49,857 nucleotides of DNA from assembly GCF_000485595.1 (NCBI RefSeq), contig NW_014577074.1, positions 1,191,732 through 1,241,588 on the forward strand, read 5' to 3'. How positions within the stretch are numbered: the first letter of the stretch is position 1; every line of letters begins with the position of its first letter. Positions 48,793 through 49,857 of the stretch are shown here, piece after piece. The DNA is from Priapulus caudatus (lineage: Eukaryota). The translations under genes were made by a program, and so were the position numbers. Under the pieces are notes generated by a model. It did no database searches, was not told the DNA's origin, and worked only from the letters and a program-made list of their open reading frames with translations.

Positions 48793-48945
48793 ACTCACTT
48801 ATCGACCGCCTGCTTGCTTCAGGGTAATGCCAGAATCTAATTTAAAACACATAGAGGGGAAAGGTATGAAGATAACGCAGAAATCACACTAAAACTTAAA
48901 TTTTTTCTATCGTAAACGCGGCCATTTTGCGATAGTGGCGCCTCT
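48793..48945 (-). promoter_or_regulatory. Putative promoter/non-coding first exon of the SPTSS-AIRIM-CCNL unit
   Basis: YY1-type caaaatggccgc (48918-48929, minus strand) in a CpG-rich patch; consensus donors gtgagt (48798) and gtaagt (~48752). Confidence 0.45.
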
Positions 48946-49152
48946 ACAACTTCATCGTCATCGTCGTCGTCCACGCATAAAACAATATGTGATTTATGTG
49001 TTTTACGTTATTTTATGAATGTTTTTCTTATGTTACGCATACACATATTTTTATTATACATACATATTGACTACTTTGCTATATTAATTTGACCTTTTTT
49101 TAAATACACTCCTAATTGTATTACAATCAAGATTCTAGAGCCCTACCAAAGA

Positions 49153-49276
49153 TAGCTCTAGTACTATAGCCCGCTTACATTAACTGCCGCTGGCCATGCC
49201 GCTGCCGCTGGCCTGCCGCTGGCCATACATTAAATGCCAGCGGCAGTTAATGTAAGTGGCTATAGTACTAGAGCTA
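49153..49276. mobile_element. Micro-MITE (TAGCTCTAG family)
   Basis: TIR tagctctagtactatagcc; 9-bp TSD taccaaaga; internal tgccgctggcc repeats. Confidence 0.85.
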
Positions 49277-49646
49277 TACCAAAGATAAATACACAAAATG
49301 CATTACACGAGATTTTGGTCCTTGAGACATTTGGGCACTTTTTATAACAGCAGCAGCAGCAGCACCATAAGCAGCAGCACTTTGAACAATCAGATTACTA
49401 TCTTTGCAAATTGTATTTAATTTTACACTTTATATTTTGGCATAGCAGCAGGAATTTTTAAAATCAGAAATGAATATAGTCTTGACAAGATTAGAATCTT
49501 TACACATTTTTTACACAAATTATTCATTTGTTCTACAATTTGATGCACTAGTAACTCCGCTGCCTCCAACGTTTCAACTTTTTCAATTAGACGTTTTAAT
49601 ATTATGCGTAAAACTATTATTATACCGGTATATATATATGTATATC

Positions 49647-49647
<1 letters not shown>

Positions 49648-49702
<55 letters not shown>
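49648..49702. repeat. (GT)n microsatellite
   Basis: Direct reading. Confidence 0.95.
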
Positions 49703-49707
<5 letters not shown>

Positions 49708-49857
49708 TGCCCTATGGCTGTGGTAGTAGAGAGTTCCAAGCCTTAATTTCAGTAAAAAAATTCCCCATTACACCCAACTCTTGGTGTGAAAACGTACATC
49801 TTAAGCCTGCCGCACACGGTGTGTTTTGTGCTGCGCCATCGGCCACGCGTGGCTGAT

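Noticed and set aside
49801..49857. Left end of another Harbinger-like MITE (ttaagcctgccgcacacg)
   Set aside because: Cut by the window edge; the second TIR is not visible.

Overview
Eukaryotic (invertebrate-like animal) genomic DNA with spliceosomal introns, TTAGGG-type repeats and dense non-autonomous DNA transposons. The organism cannot be determined from the sequence. Host genes: GFM2 (+, 6 coding exons, 10036-13786), a candidate COX14-like micropeptide (-, 15240-15434), a SERTA-domain gene (+, 26513-28334), cyclin L (-, 6 coding exons, 40055-44617), C1orf109/AIRIM (-, 44810-45409) and SPTSSA/B (-, 45442-45717). Two features stand out. (1) At 1-5579 there is an apparent transposon-like module. 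It contains the 3' end of a P-element-type transposase (NDNP..QF motif) and a convergent Pif1 helicase gene carrying a P-transposase-C-terminal-like segment, a SAP-like motif and a PHD finger. It also contains a divergent gene starting with an RFX-type winged helix. (2) The intronless SPTSS and AIRIM ORFs are 32 nt apart and lie 192 nt upstream of the cyclin L start, with no AATAAA between them, which suggests a polycistronic or alternatively spliced three-gene unit. The remainder holds four Helentron-type (HINE) copies, many MITEs with visible TSDs, two LINE 3' ends and microsatellites. All protein family calls come from motif recognition by eye, not from database searches.
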